64,000 nucleotides of DNA, from assembly GCF_018350175.1 (NCBI RefSeq), contig NC_058368.1:35900001-35964000 (forward strand), given 5' to 3'. Source of the stretch: Felis catus. Its lineage: Eukaryota. Within the stretch, counting starts at the first letter, position 1. Every line of letters starts with the position of its first letter. The translations under genes were made by a program, and so were the position numbers. The notes below the pieces were generated by a model. That model was not told where the DNA came from. It was given only the letters and a program-made list of their open reading frames with translations, and searched no databases. This document shows, piece by piece, positions 25,879-39,494 of the stretch.

Positions 25879-27519
25879 GTAAAACTTTCTGGGCCAAGTA
25901 TTTAATTTACTTGAAGATTCTAAATAAGTCATTAAATTAAAAATTAGTTATAGACTTATTCAAGCTTTGATTTTCTTTCAAAGTCAGTTTCAATTATGTT
26001 ATAATTTTTCTAGAAACTTATCTGCATCATCAACCCATCCAGTCTGGCCTATAAATTTTTATAGTGTGCTTGTCTCTTTTTACTATCTTCTGTATGTATA
26101 ATTATATTCCTTATTACGTCTTTAATATTTTTTCCTCATTAACCTTTTCAGAAACGTATCTAATTGTCTTTTCAAAATAATCATGGTTTAGCTTTTCAAA
26201 AATTCTCTAAGTCATTTTTTCCTTCATTCCTTTATTTTCCTATTTTTTCTAGGATTATACAATTCCTTTTTAACTTCTGAAGTCGGATGTTTAATTTTCA
26301 GTCATTCTGATTTTTTAACATAAACAGAGTATAAATTTCTTTATACCACTATTTTGCTGTGTTCCATAAATTCTTCAGGTCTAATTTTACTCTAGGACTT
26401 CCTTCTTGACACATGAGTTATTTCATGTGATTTTAGAATTTGCAAAACAGAGATTTTAAAATTTCATCCTTTTAAAAATTTCATCACTAATTTCATACTA
26501 TTGTAGTTAATGAACGAAGCTGCACCTTAGAAATACATCAAGATTTCACGGTCTCTAGTATGTGATTACTTTGATAAAAGTGCCACTTATGGTTGAGAGG
26601 TGTACTCTAATTGTTGAGTTGGGTTCTCTATATATTACATTGAATCAACTGTGTTAATTGAATTGTTTAAAGCTCCCATATCTTTCATAATCAATTAGAG
26701 AACTTTGTTGAAGATCCAAATATAATGCTAACTCTATCAACTTATTCTAGAAGTTATACATTTTTACATGTTTGTTTTGGTGCCATGTTATCATTCACAT
26801 GAAAATTTTTGACTTGTACCTTTCTGAAGAATTAAGCTTTCTATCAGCATGAATATTCCCTTGTCTTTATGTCTATTTTATCTGTTACCACCATAGTTTT
26901 CCTCTTTCTTTTGATTAATATTGCATTTCATTACCTGTTCTGTTACTTTAAACCTTTCCATGTATTTGGGTTATAGGAGGTCTCAAACAGCACAAGGCTA
27001 CATTGTTTATCCAATCTTAGTCTTTAAAATTTTTATCGTGACTTATGAAATACTTGTTTCCACCACCTTATATTATTCGTTTTATTGGTCCTCCTTTATC
27101 TATGCCACTTATGTATGTATGTATGTATGAATGTATATCTTTCTTGGTTCATTTCTCCCCCTATGGTTTTGAATCTATGCTGGAACATCAATCCTTTTAC
27201 TGGTTATCTTGGTAATTTTATCACACAAATTAATTTAACAAGGCCTAACGTTCACTGATAGTTTTATCTCCTTTCCTCTCCTTTGAACAATACAGAAAGA
27301 TAAAACACCTGAACTCCAAACACCTCATTCAATTTATTTAACAACGTTGTCCAGTAGTTAAGCTCTATACCTCCCTTTTCTACAAAACAAGTTAGACATT
27401 ATTTTATTGTATACGTTTTTTATATTTAGTTTAATGGTAAGTATGCCTTCTTGTCTCTCAATTCTTTCTGAAGAAAAAGAAAATGTTGCTTCTTTAAATA
27501 CATCCTGTAGAGCTGATGT

Positions 27520-27695
27520 CAGAAAACTATAATCTTGGGCTGGCCAGCAATTGTAAATAGTTATATCAGACATAGCCACACCCACTCACTTACATACTGC
27601 CTATGACTGCTTTTGCACTGCTACTGAAGAACTGAGTTATTAACATTTAGCTTGCATATATTTACTATATGGCCCATTAAACAGCCAATCCCTGC
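27520..27695. mobile_element. MER58-like hAT relic, opposite orientation to the 7618 copy
   Basis: catagccacacccactcacttacatactgcctatgactgcttttgcactgc...tatttactatatggccc...gccaatccctg. Confidence 0.65.
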
Positions 27696-28139
27696 TTTGG
27701 AGGATCCTTCAACAGAGAGATGTTCATGAAAAATAACCCTTTCTCCTTGAAGACTTCCCCAACTTCCTCACAAGACAGCCATATTTTAAAATAGTTTGTT
27801 GTGTTGTGGTGGGATTCATCTTTGAGAGTCTCTATTATGTGAGAAAATTCTCAAAAGTGTATTCTTATAGGAGGCTGACCAACACATCTTTATTTCTTAA
27901 ATATTTTTATATAATGTGTCGATTATGATAGAATATATATTTTTCTGGGTAACATACTTACGTGTTTTAGGATCCAAAGGTAAACAATTTAACAAGGAAC
28001 AGCCGTATAAAATCCTGGGTGCTCACTCAAATAAGTTTGTTGAATGGACAATCAAGAATATCATCAAAAATACAATAAATATGACATTTCACTACTTTCA
28101 AAAATAATTTAAAAATGAGTTTATTATTATTTATTAGAA

Positions 28140-28350
28140 AGGCAGTGTAAAGGCTAGAAGGAAATCTAAAGTCTTATTGTCTTTGTCTGAATCTCCATCT
28201 GGCACTAAATAGCTATGTAACGTGTGTCTCAGTTTCCTCTTTTGTAAAATGGGCAAAATAATACCTACTTTATAGTGATATTGTAAGAATTAAATAAAAT
28301 GCCTGGCATACAGTAAAATCTATGTAAAACAGCAATTATCAATAATATTA
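28140..28350 (+). mobile_element. MIR SINE relic
   Basis: MIR core tctcagtttcctcttttgtaaaatgggcaaaataatacctac...gcctggcatacagtaa. Confidence 0.75.
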
Positions 28351-29726
28351 GTAATATTACTAATTTATATTATTTCCATTATATGTCATTAATGAAATGC
28401 CCCACTAATTATTTATTTGGGAACAAATCAAGGAAGAGCCACTTTCTAGCTTGCAATGATCATATATGCTTCTATATATATGAGGAAGTGTCAATTCTCA
28501 TAGTGCCTATGAGAATATAGTTTTCCATTCAGAGATGTTGGAATATGACTGTACACTGACTCGACAGGAAGTTCCTCCAAAGCATGTACCCAATGCAGCT
28601 GGATTACTTGGCAGGGAAGTTACAGAGGTGAATTAAATATGGGAGGCAAGATATACTCTTGATCTCAAGTCTAGTTATTTACCACTAAAAATTTATTTTT
28701 ATATATATATAGACACATGTTTTAATACTTCTAAATCTAATATACTTTATGAGCTTTTATTCTGAAAAAGAGAGTTTAGTTTCCTGTTTCCCGCCCCCCC
28801 CCCCCAAAGAATTGCTTGCATTTCAAATTAAGATAGTCTTGGTAAATTAACTTCAAAACTTGCCCAATGACACAAAATTTGCTTTCCTCAAAAGCAAAAT
28901 TTAAAAAACCAACGTGCACATTGCCTCCTTCCAGCTTAATAGTCTATTATATACTGTTTCTTGAAATACTTAAAAACTTATTTTATAAGAGAAAAATTGT
29001 AACATAAGAATACAAGTGGACTTCCACAGATCCCAACTTTTTGATCATACCTCATCTCTGTTTCTAACTCTTAGCTCATTTAAATAGTTTTATCTACCCA
29101 ACTCAACATTTTCAACCTATGATAATATTCTATATATTTTTGTAACTCCAAAAACTTCTGGAGATTTTATTATATAAGAAAGTTGAAGAGATTATAAATG
29201 TCTTCTTATTCAGAGTTATATTTCTTTCAACATTAATGAATATTTAAACTATGCAAACCAGGGATCTCTTCAGTTTTCACTGAACTCAAAAATCTTTTCT
29301 TCCTAAGTATTTTATTTTTGTCTCAGATTCCTAACATAAGATTAGAAAACCAGATTTAAATCTGCAGGCTTTCCAGAGGGATACAGGTATCAGGTACTAT
29401 GAAAACACAGGCTAATTTTCTCAAAATAAACAACTACTTAAGAGTCCACCATGTTCCCACCAAACGCTTTTTTTAATAGGAGTTTACTCAATTTTAAGAA
29501 GAGGCAATGTTCAAACATACTAAATGAAGCTTTCTAGAAATTCCTGATGACTCCATTTTCAGGAAGAAATGGAAAATATTTTAACTAAGAAAACTTTAAA
29601 AATGTATTCCTGTACTATTCCTGTATTGAAACACGAAAGAAAATAATTTTTTCTTAGAATTACCAGACACAAACGTCTTTAAGAATACAAAGTATGTGAT
29701 CTACTTGTTCGTTTTCCATCAAGTCT

Positions 29727-29731
29727 GTCTG

Positions 29732-29795
<64 letters not shown>

Positions 29796-30004
29796 TTTCT
29801 TTTTTTGTTCCTTATGTTTATTTTCAGAGAGAGAAAGACAGAGCATGAGCGGGGGAGGGGCAAAGAGAGAGGGAGACACAGGATTTGAAGCAGGCTCCAG
29901 GCTCTATGCTGACAGACAGACATGGGGCTCGATCCCACAAACCATGAGATCATGACCTGAGTTGAAGTCGGTCACCTAACCAACTGAGCCACCCAGGCAT
30001 CCCC
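29727..30004 (-). mobile_element. CanSINE with a (GAAA)n microsatellite tail
   Basis: About 15 CTTT units at 29733-29795; flanking repeat ttttccatcaagtct / ttttccatcaagact. Confidence 0.92.
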
Positions 30005-30944
30005 CCCTGTTTTTTTTCCATCAAGACTTGCTTTTGTAACTGAATACAAAAGTTCCCCCCAACATGCAAAAGATAAACAATGGATTAGAATTACCTTGTG
30101 GAAAATTATTCTTAGAAATCCCTATTTGCAGTAATTATAGGGTAGATGCTTTATAAGGGACTCTAGAATGATAGTAAAAATTAAATTCTCTGGTATTATC
30201 AAATTCAATGAAAAAATGCTCTCAATGAGAATAGGAGAGCATAATATATACGGTATACGGGCACAAACAATTCATCATCTTAACATTCAATAAGGTGGTG
30301 TTATTAGTTGAACTTTTTATGACCATGAAACTTAGGAAAATGGGAAACTATGCTTTGAGAATGTCCCCAAGAATGTTCAGGTGCTGATGAATTAAACTGC
30401 TTCAGCTGCAAGTTGCTCTTTTCTGTAAAAATCAGTCTCAGGTGAAACAACACATTACATATTAGCCCATCAGGGATTTAACAATACTGACCCATCATCA
30501 TTATGCCATGAGTTTGTCTGCAATTCTTTCAAACATTTTGTAAAATCCTCAAGTAAATGAGATATTTCAATCTATTCTGTGACTTCTTTAACAGAGAGTA
30601 TGAAATATTCATAACTGTGGTTTCCCAAAGTACAACTTGATTTTCCAGTAAGTGTGTTTTCTCCCCTAGTGTTCTGAAGTGACACAGTAATTTAAATATT
30701 CTTTTTATCCCCCAAATGTGAGGCTAAATAAAGGCATAGCTAGGCACAAGATGGTAGTCACGAAGTATAGTGCTTAAAGGTAGACTTGGTGATAGGGCCT
30801 ATCACCTATCACTATTGTTGTTTTGAGTTATTACTATCACCTCTTAGTTAGGAAAGCAAGGAGAACATCCAACTAAAGCCCCACAATATTCCATGTAAAC
30901 CTGGTCATGTTTAAAACATAACATTAAAAGTAGCCTTAAGATGG

Positions 30945-31310
30945 GGGGCACCTGGGTGGCTCAGTCAGTTGGGCGTCTGACTTCGGTTCAGGTCATGATC
31001 TCATAATTGGTGGGTTTGAGCTCTCTTTTGGGCTCTGTGCTGACAGCTCAGGACCTGGAGCCTGCTTCTAAGTCTGTGTCATCTCTCTCTGCCCCTCTCC
31101 CACTCATGCTTTGTCTCTGTCTCTCTCTCTCAAAAAAAAAAAAAAAAAAACATAAACATGGGCATTGAGGAGGGCACCTGTTGGGATGAGCACTCGGTGT
31201 TGTATGGAAACCAATTTGACAATAAACCTCATATTTAAAAAATACATAAATAAATAAGTAAATAAACAAAAAAATTAAAAATAAATAAACATTAAAGTTT
31301 AAAAAAAAAA
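30945..31310 (+). mobile_element. CanSINE with a felid L1 3' end (about 31158-31280) nested in its A tail
   Basis: SINE body to about 31150, then gggcattgaggagggcacctgttgggatgagcactcggtgttgtatggaaaccaatttgacaataaa and an A-rich tail; ataaacat flanks the L1 piece. Confidence 0.9.
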
Positions 31311-33285
31311 CATTGAAGTCAACAGTGTGTGCACTCTGTCTTGTTCAGAATGCAGAGGACCAATATCTGATGCACAAAGAGCATGCCATTTTGTTCATTT
31401 TTGCTTGTGGTACCCTAATTTAATGTTGTATTTTCAATTACATGGGTTAATAGACTTATTATTATGTATTATTTTTTCCCATTATCTATCAATAGTTGAC
31501 CTTATCACTTTATTAGAATAATCCAGTCTTTACCTTTTGCTAATATTACTTCAGTGAGCAAACTAAATATTTAAAATGTAAAAGGGAAATACAAATTACC
31601 AGTCATTTAATCATATAGACCTGTCAGATGCACTAATAATCCCACTAAGCAATGTGTAGTAAAAATAAATCTTATCAGTAAAGAGAAAATGTAAGTCAAT
31701 TAGTCTAGCTGTGTTTTTACTGTGAAAAGACTAAAAATTAAAGATTAAAAGAACCTATCATAATTATTTTCAAGGTTGCAAGTCTAAAATATTCAGCACC
31801 TGGAATAGCTCTAATTCCTTAAATAATCAGATAGTAAAGGATATGAAGAAAAACATCCTAGAGCTAAAATATTTGGGTTTTTTTCTAGGTTTGGGGCTTT
31901 ATACCTCCAACTATGATCTCAGAATAACAACGGTGCCAATGAAGACAATTTGTAAGCTGTAAACTCAACAAAACAAGCAAGGAGAGAAGATATTTCCTAT
32001 AACTACCCAAGTTGACTCACCATCCAACCAGATGACTTTTTCACATGCTTCTTTTCTCTGATAACATGATCAATGTACAGGATTTAAGAAGCACACGGGA
32101 AAAGCTTAGTGCTTTGGAATTCCTAGTGGTCACCTAGTTAGTCCATACAATGGTTATCAGAAATGGCATTTACAGTTGACAAGGATAAGATTTGTATAAC
32201 TTAAATGATCAGTTTTGTTCTGGCTGTCCTCCATATCAAAAATATTTGTATACTAAAAATACCCCTCATTGGATGATTTCATTTTTGTTTGGCAAATCAC
32301 TACTTCAGTCTCAGTATTCAGTAGAAGAGAGAAATTATATTTGATCAATCCATGCAGCAAGATTAAATGAGTTACAACTGATTTTATTTTTGTTCACTAC
32401 ACAGTGTATTTCAATCGTATGAACGAAAAATCAACTTAAAGTCTTCAAGTAACATGAATGATGGATCTTTAAATGGATCAAACATAACTTTAACAGAATT
32501 GTAGAAATAATCTAAACACAGAGCTATTATTGAAAAATAGGTACTCCTTATTTAGTTCAAAGTGTCTATATAGAAGCATTAAAAAAAAAAAGGGGAGAAA
32601 TCCTTAAAATATCGATTCTGTTATCATGAGATGGGAGAGGTGAAAATTATTTCTATTCTCTGTAGATAGCTAACTTGTTTTGGGGGTATATGTACATTAT
32701 GTCATTTGATCTTCAAAATGTAACATCCTGAAGAAACACAAGCTGTTATTAACAGGAAACAGGCTCACTAAGGTTAAGTAACTTGGCCACAGTCTTATCA
32801 CCCTGGGTGTTCTGATGCCAGAGCTTTCACTGTCAGCCATTGCTGTCTTCCCCAAAATAAGACAACTGGCAAAATACCACTGTTAAAAACAAGCACAAAG
32901 GGTGAATTCATAAGTAAGTTAAGATTTGAAGAAAACAGAGTGACTCCTTTCTCAATGATTGCCATTACACAATTCGGATGGGAGGTATATACGTAGGAAA
33001 GAAAATTTAGGGGAGGAATCGACAGGACTTCAGGGACAAGAAAAGAACAAATGCAAAGTTTGGCACATATACTCAAAACTGGAACACAGAAAAGAAAGGA
33101 AGACCTAACGGAGGCCACCCCACCTTTTGTGCGTGTAATAGTAATCCCTTTTAAGGCAAGGATTGTTTTTCCTCGCCCTCAAAATCCTAACCCAAGTGGG
33201 GTGCCCAGATATGCAGGGTCTTAGAAACTATTAATAAAGAAGGATGCCCAGGAATCTTTTCCAGTACTTTAAAATCCCTACAGGA

Positions 33286-33507
33286 GGGGCGCCTGGGTGG
33301 CTCAGTCGGTTAAGCGTCTGACTTCAGCTCAGGTCATGATCTCACGGTTCGTGAGTTCAAGCCCCGCGTCGGGCTCTGTGCTGACAGCTCAACCTGGAGC
33401 CTGTTTCAGATTCTGTGTCTCCCTCTCTCTCTCTCTGACCCTCCCCTGTTCATGAGCTGTCTATGTCTCAAAAATAAATAAACGTTAAAAAAAAAATTAA
33501 AAAAAAA
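33286..33507 (+). mobile_element. Young CanSINE
   Basis: Perfect TSD aaaatccctacagga (33271-33285 / 33509-33523). Confidence 0.95.
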
Positions 33508-33677
33508 TAAAATCCCTACAGGAAATGTTAATGTGCTCAGAAAAAGAGCTACAAGAACCAAAAAATGTGACTTCTTTAAGTGTAGTCACTCCAATTCTGT
33601 GTTGGAATATATGAAATTGTAAATTCAGAGGCTCATCATAGCAGTTACATATGTATAATTAAAACAGAAAATTGACA

Positions 33678-33964
33678 GAGACCCATAAATACAGAGAACA
33701 AACTGGTGGCTGTCAGAGGGGAGAAGGCTGGGAGGATGGGCAAAATGGGTGAAGGGGAGTGAGAGATCCAGGCTTCCAGTTATGGAATGAACAAGTCATG
33801 GAGATGAAAGATATACCATAGAGAATATAGTCAATGATGTTGTGTCATGGCAGACGGTATCTACACTCGCAATGTGCACAGCATAATATACAGAGGTGCT
33901 GAATCACTATGTTGTGCACGTGAAACTAATGACACAATGTGTATCAACTATACTTCAAATAAAT
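33678..33964 (+). mobile_element. 5'-truncated L1 3'UTR (L1MA9/L1_Carn-like)
   Basis: TSD aaacagaaaattgaca (33662-33677) / aaacagaaaaatgaca (33965-33980); typical 3'UTR ending aactatacttcaaataaa. Confidence 0.88.
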
Positions 33965-35315
33965 AAACAGAAAAATGACATATTCTTAATAATTATAATT
34001 TGGTATGAAAATTGTTTTCACACATGTTATCTAAAAGGGAACAAGTAACAAAGGAGAGCAGAGAGGGGGGAGCATTCAGAAGTATTTCTGTAAGATGAGG
34101 TTGTTAAGCAAAATAAACAAGGTGTCAGATGAAATTTGCTTAAGGAGTTAAGAGTGTTGTTGCACTGTGCTAATAATTCTGGTTAAAGAAAGAGAAAAGC
34201 AAAAGAACTTTCAGTGAGGAGAAAGGAAAGCCTCACCAAGACAAGAAAAATTTTAAAGAAGAGACCATGTATTTCAGGGATGAGTAAAGGCGCTTTGAGC
34301 AGAATTCTCTAATATAAATATGAATGGGAAGTGGGGCTAGGACATATATTATGCTTCAAGGCCACAGGGACCAATGACACACATGAAAATTAGGTTTATA
34401 CTCAAAGGACCAACATGAACATTCTACAGCTGTTAGGTAAGAAAAAGGGGAATGGAGTGTCCCAGTAAAAGCCGACAAAAATTCCATAATGGGCTCAATT
34501 CATCCCATAGAAGCATGCACCTCTATGAGTAATGGGCACATTGGTAGTTGCATCTAACAGTGAGTCCAAAATCAATCACAAGTGGAAGATGATGATTATC
34601 GTTCTACAACACTACACACCTGAAGGCATGAACTTCACTTGGTGAAGCTTGATGCCTGGTAGGACAGTGATTTGCTTAGCCTACAGTGCAGGGTCAAACA
34701 TTTCCACCTAGTACCTCCAATTTGAACTTTATGGTTCCCATGACTCCTACAGGAAAAGAGTATCTTGCCAGCTCTCCACTCCACACCTTAACCTTCACGC
34801 CAGCCTTGTGGTACATTAATAATCCTCTAATTTTAAAAGAAAACATTTTATGCTTTGAAACGGAACAAGACCAGCAAACATTCTCCTATCATGAATGCGT
34901 TGACGTAAACAAGAAGTTATTCTATTAAGGGGTGAGAAAATAAAAAAATGTCTTGTGCTGATTTACACTTGTAAGTTACCAAAAATGCCCTTAAAAATCA
35001 CATTTTAACAATTCTTCCAAACTCTCTGAGCAATATATTGGATATATGCTGGAAATATATTAAAAAGTACAGGCTTTGGAATCAGGGAGGCTTCCATTCA
35101 AATCTTAGCCCCTACCAGTTCGGAAGCATACTGAGATTCCCTACCCCACAGTTACTATACGGGTGACATTCTGTATCTCACAAGAATGCTGGGAAGACTA
35201 AGTCAGATGACACGCGTACAGCATCTAGCAGAGAGTCTAGCAAGAAGCAGGCACTCAATCAGGGGCAGTTGTTGTTGGATTTGTCTTGTTGAAGATAGTA
35301 ATAAAAATAAAGCTT

Positions 35316-35510
35316 GGGGTACTTGGGTGGCTCAGATGGTTAAGCGTCCTGACTCTTGATTTTGGCTCAGGTCATGATCTCATGGTTCATGGAATTGAGT
35401 CCCGCATCAGGCTCTGTGCTGACAATGTGGAGCCTGCTTGGGATTCTCTCTCTCTGCCCCTCTCCTGCTCACTCTCTCTCTCAAAATAAATAAATAAAAT
35501 TTAAAAAATA
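35316..35510 (+). mobile_element. Older CanSINE (gactcttgattttggctcagg type)
   Basis: SINE head, body, CT tract and A tail. Confidence 0.9.
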
Positions 35511-36129
35511 AAGATAAATAAAATTACAATATGTAAGCTTACTCCCTATTTCTTGGAAATTGATTACTAGTCCTAAATAGAAACCATTTACCTATAGTAG
35601 ATTGTTAAAACAAAAACAAATTAATTTCTAGTTGAGGATCTCCAATTAGAAAAGAGGAGAGTTCAACTGGTGTCACAATGAGCAGTTACCCCACAGAGGA
35701 AGCTCCATGATCTTAGAACTTTTTCCCCTTGGTCTACATGGCTTGAAGCAGCAGTCTGGAACAGATTTTCCTTCTTTAGCTATTGTATTAGGGCTCTCAG
35801 AAAGGGTGGGAAAAAAACAAGAACCAAAACAGCTGTATCTAAACCAATTACTGATGAGATCCTGGTAACACTGATAAGAACTGACATGAGTTGGTAAAAG
35901 GTATAGTAATCGGCTCTGAATAAAAATGAGCTGGCCTTTAATTGCTTAAGAGTAACTTCTGGGGCAATCCTAAAATACGAACATTTTGGGATAAATTACT
36001 CATAAACTAAATTACTATTAAAAATAAAAGTGATCACGTTTTTTTTTTTTTAATTTTGGGGAGGGGTTAGTTTTCACATTAGTCCTAACAGTTCTTTTAA
36101 ATGTAATTTAAACTATATTAATAGGAATT

Positions 36130-36365
36130 AGTATAGTTTAGCCATATATGGCATAGGCTGGTGCAAGACTCCCTGGGTTAGCCCCTCAGCTCCGTCAATT
36201 GCTGGCTATGTCAACAATGGGCAAGTCACAATCTCTCTAAACCTCAGTTTCCCCATCTGTAAAATGGGAATAGTAACAGTATGCCTACCACACCTGGTTA
36301 TTGTTAGGGTTAAATGAGTAAGTGGAGAACTTGCCACTTGACTGGCACTATATGTATTAGCTGCT
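36130..36365 (+). mobile_element. MIR SINE relic
   Basis: MIR core gggcaagtcacaatctctctaaacctcagtttccccatctgtaaaatgggaatagtaacagta. Confidence 0.8.
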
Positions 36366-37599
36366 AAAGCCTGGCACCCATTGTAGATGAGAACACCTAT
36401 CCCTCAACAAATTTGGCTATTTGTTACATGCCATGAATTACGTTAGTAAAACAAACGTATGCAAGATAGACACAGATTTTATAAGATGAAGCGAAGTCTG
36501 AGCAGAGATCAGAAGGGTGAGTATACTAATTTAGCCAAGCAAAGTATGGACAGACTGCTCCAGGCATAGGGAACCATACATAAGTAGGACGGTCTAAACT
36601 TGAGAGAAAACATTCCATGGAAAACTGTCATAGTGAGGGAGGGGAACAGCTAGGGAATGAAGACAGTGGTTCCAACTCCTTGCATATAATACAAAACAGA
36701 ACTTCACTTTAATGGTAAAATTTGCTCATTCACGACCAGGAGTATTCCTAAATACCAGTGGATGAAGTCACAATATAAACGTATCTTACCAGTATTTTCT
36801 TAAAAAGAAAATCTAGCTATATATTTTTTGCCTATTGTATAAATAGACCTTTCCAGAACAGACCTTCAACCCATTAAAGTTCCACATCTGTTGTTAATAT
36901 TTTCACACTGATTCAGTGAAGTTAGTATGATTTTCAAAGTTGAATGGTGAGGAATTAAATAGCAATGTAAGGGATCAGGGATTTGAGAAAATAAAACATT
37001 TGTCAAAAATTTTTGCCAATATTGATATGTGATCTTTTAAAATACGCACTGTCTAAAATTCAAGCAGTATAACTATATTTACCAGAAAGAAAGGAAGAAA
37101 GAATAAAATTTGTGTGCCAAATTGTATCACCTTAGTATAGCCACTTTGCTTCTATAGTCTCCTTTATGTTTATTTTTACCCTAAAGATTATTTCCTCTCC
37201 AAATTACTCATTTAAATGAAATATATTTTTTATATTTAGCTCTAAGGAGGTTAGTTTAGGACAGTGTGCATATGTATATACGACAACAATTACTTCTAGG
37301 ACCCATGTGAACTCTGAAATACACACAAAGTACAGCTGTCACTCTATTACCCTCCTTTTTTTGGACCCTTCTCCAATCAAACACTTCCTCACTCTTCCAC
37401 CATTAGTAACACTAATGCCAAGTTATCCCCACAACACCCAAAGCCCTCTAATCCTACTAGATCTTAGGAAGATTTTGAATTAGACTTGATTCAAATGTCA
37501 GTCTGAATGCTTAAAAACAGTATGGCCTAGATTTCATTTTTTAAACCCTTTCAGCGCCAGTGTTCTTATTTGTAAAATGGAACACAAGCTATAAACAAG

Positions 37600-37865
37600 G
37601 GAGGGAGCACCGCACAGCATTTAATTACACAGGCTCTTGGAGGAAGCCTGTACGGGTACAAATTCTAGTTCCACCATTTTATAGCTAAAACACATTGAGC
37701 CAGATATGTTCCATCTCTGTACCTCGGTTTCTTCATTTGCCTCAGAGAGAAGGTAACAGTGAAAGGTGGAGAATTATTATGAAGACTGACGGAGATAATA
37801 TACATAAGGCATCTGGAAGAATGTCTGGTTCATGGAATACTCAATATATGATGGGTATTATTACT
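37600..37865 (+). mobile_element. MIR SINE relic
   Basis: tctctgtacctcggtttcttcatttg...atgtctggttcatggaatactcaatatatg. Confidence 0.65.
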
Positions 37866-37899
37866 TCGTATATCTATTTTATACCTTTATAACATAATT

Positions 37900-38412
37900 G
37901 TGTCAGGAGTCCCCAAGACCACCCTCACATTTGATCATTTGTTGGAAGGACTTAGAACTCAGAAAGCTATTGTACTCATGGTTACAGTTTATTACAGTGA
38001 AAGGACACAGATTAAAATCACCATAGGCTTCTCCCAGAGGAGTTCCATTATGACATACGAAGTATTGCCTACTAGGAAAGCTCTCTCATTCCTTGATGTC
38101 AAGAGTTTTTATTGGAAAAAAACATGTATGCCTGGACCTTCCACATGGACCACCTTAGCTACTCAGCTTCTAGCCTCCTATAGAGGACAAACCAAACAGT
38201 ATAGCCCAGGGCTTCAGGTGAACAAAAACAGGTACTCACTGCAAATCACATTTCTAGAAAAAACCATCTAGTTTGGTCCAAGGCCCCAAGCAGACAAATA
38301 TCCCTGTGAGACAGGGTATTCCAAGAGCTAACGGGTTATCTCCCAGGAACCAGTGTAGGACTGGTTCCAGGTTTGAAACACCTCAAGCCTACTGAGTTAA
38401 CCCTTCACTGCA
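37900..38412. mobile_element. MER21/MER77-like ERV LTR fragment
   Basis: tgtcaggagtccccaagaccaccctca...aactcagaaagctattgtactcatggttacagtttattacagtgaaaggacacagattaaaatca. Confidence 0.65.
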
Positions 38413-38844
38413 TACTAATTTATTAAACGACTACCATGTGCAAGGAACTGTGATAAATACTTAGTATATATTAGCTAGCTTAATAAACACTTTTATGAGA
38501 AAGGAATTAATATTTCCATTTACAGATATGGAAACTGAAACTCAGGAAGGTTATATCAGTTCATGGTCATATAACTAGTGTGGAATCCAAACCCAGCTCT
38601 CCCAGACTGCAGAGCCTTTGCGACTTACATTAAGGCATAAAATATTTTAAAGTTAAAACCATATTGTACAATTTATCACATATATAGGCACACAATAAAT
38701 ATATTTGTCAATCAAATCCAGTTCTTCTACTTGTGATAGTGAAAAACTAAAGAATCATTTTGAATTTGTGGAAGGAACAAAGTAAAGCTATGAGCAAATG
38801 TATATGTACCATAGACTAGTGTTCCTTTGAAATACTGAAGCTTT

Positions 38845-39262
38845 AAATGTCCATCAACTGATGAATGGATAAAGAAACTGTGGTTTATATACACAATGGA
38901 ATACTACTTGGCAATGAGAAAGAATGAAATATGGTCTTTTGTAGCAATGTGCATAGAACTGGAGAGCATAATACTAAGTGAAATAAGTCATACAGAGAAA
39001 GACAGATACCATATGTTTTCACTTTCATGTGGATCCTGAGAAACTTAACAGAAGACCATGGGGGAGGGGAAGGGAAAAAAAAAAAAAAAAAGAGAGGGAG
39101 AGAGCCAAACCATAAGAGACTCTTAAAAACTGAGAACTGAGTGTCGATGGGGGGTGGGATGGAGGGAGGGCAGGTAATGGGTACTGAGGAGGGCACCTAT
39201 TGGGATGAGCACTGGGTGTTGTATGGAAACCAATTTGAGAATAAACTTCATATTAAAAAAAA
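38845..39262 (+). mobile_element. 5'-truncated felid L1 3' end
   Basis: aaatgtccatcaactgatgaatggataaag...gtatggaaaccaatttgagaataaa then an A tail; flanked by aaatactga repeats. Confidence 0.93.
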
Positions 39263-39278
39263 TAAATACTGAGGTTTT

Positions 39279-39494
39279 AAAGAAAAATTTTTTAATGTTT
39301 GTTTATTTTTGAGAGAGAAAGACAGAGCCTGAGCAGGGGAGGGGCAGAGAGAGAGGGAGACACAGAATATGAAGCAGGCTCCAGGCTCTGAGTTCTCAGC
39401 ATAGGGCCCGATGCAGGGCTCAAACTCACGAACCATGAGATCAGGACCTGAGCCAAAGTCACACGTTTAACCCACTGAGCCACCCAGGTGCTCC
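39279..39494 (-). mobile_element. CanSINE, tail-to-tail with the L1
   Basis: TSD taaatactgaggtttt / tgaaacactgagttttt. Confidence 0.93.

Larger units (their letters stand above)
23860..27420 (-). mobile_element. Fragmented ancient L1 (L1M/L1ME-like), interrupted by younger elements
   Basis: T-rich decayed L1 antisense motifs throughout (tttttccactcaacattatatttctaagattcattcac; tatctggaatcaatgttttcgagtagtatgaggtggggatcc; gtgtactctaattgttgag). Boundaries are approximate. Confidence 0.65.

Noticed and set aside
25600..25932. Cluster of five Y/I/H/M-rich ORFs
   Set aside because: Translations of the (TA/CA)n low-complexity repeat.
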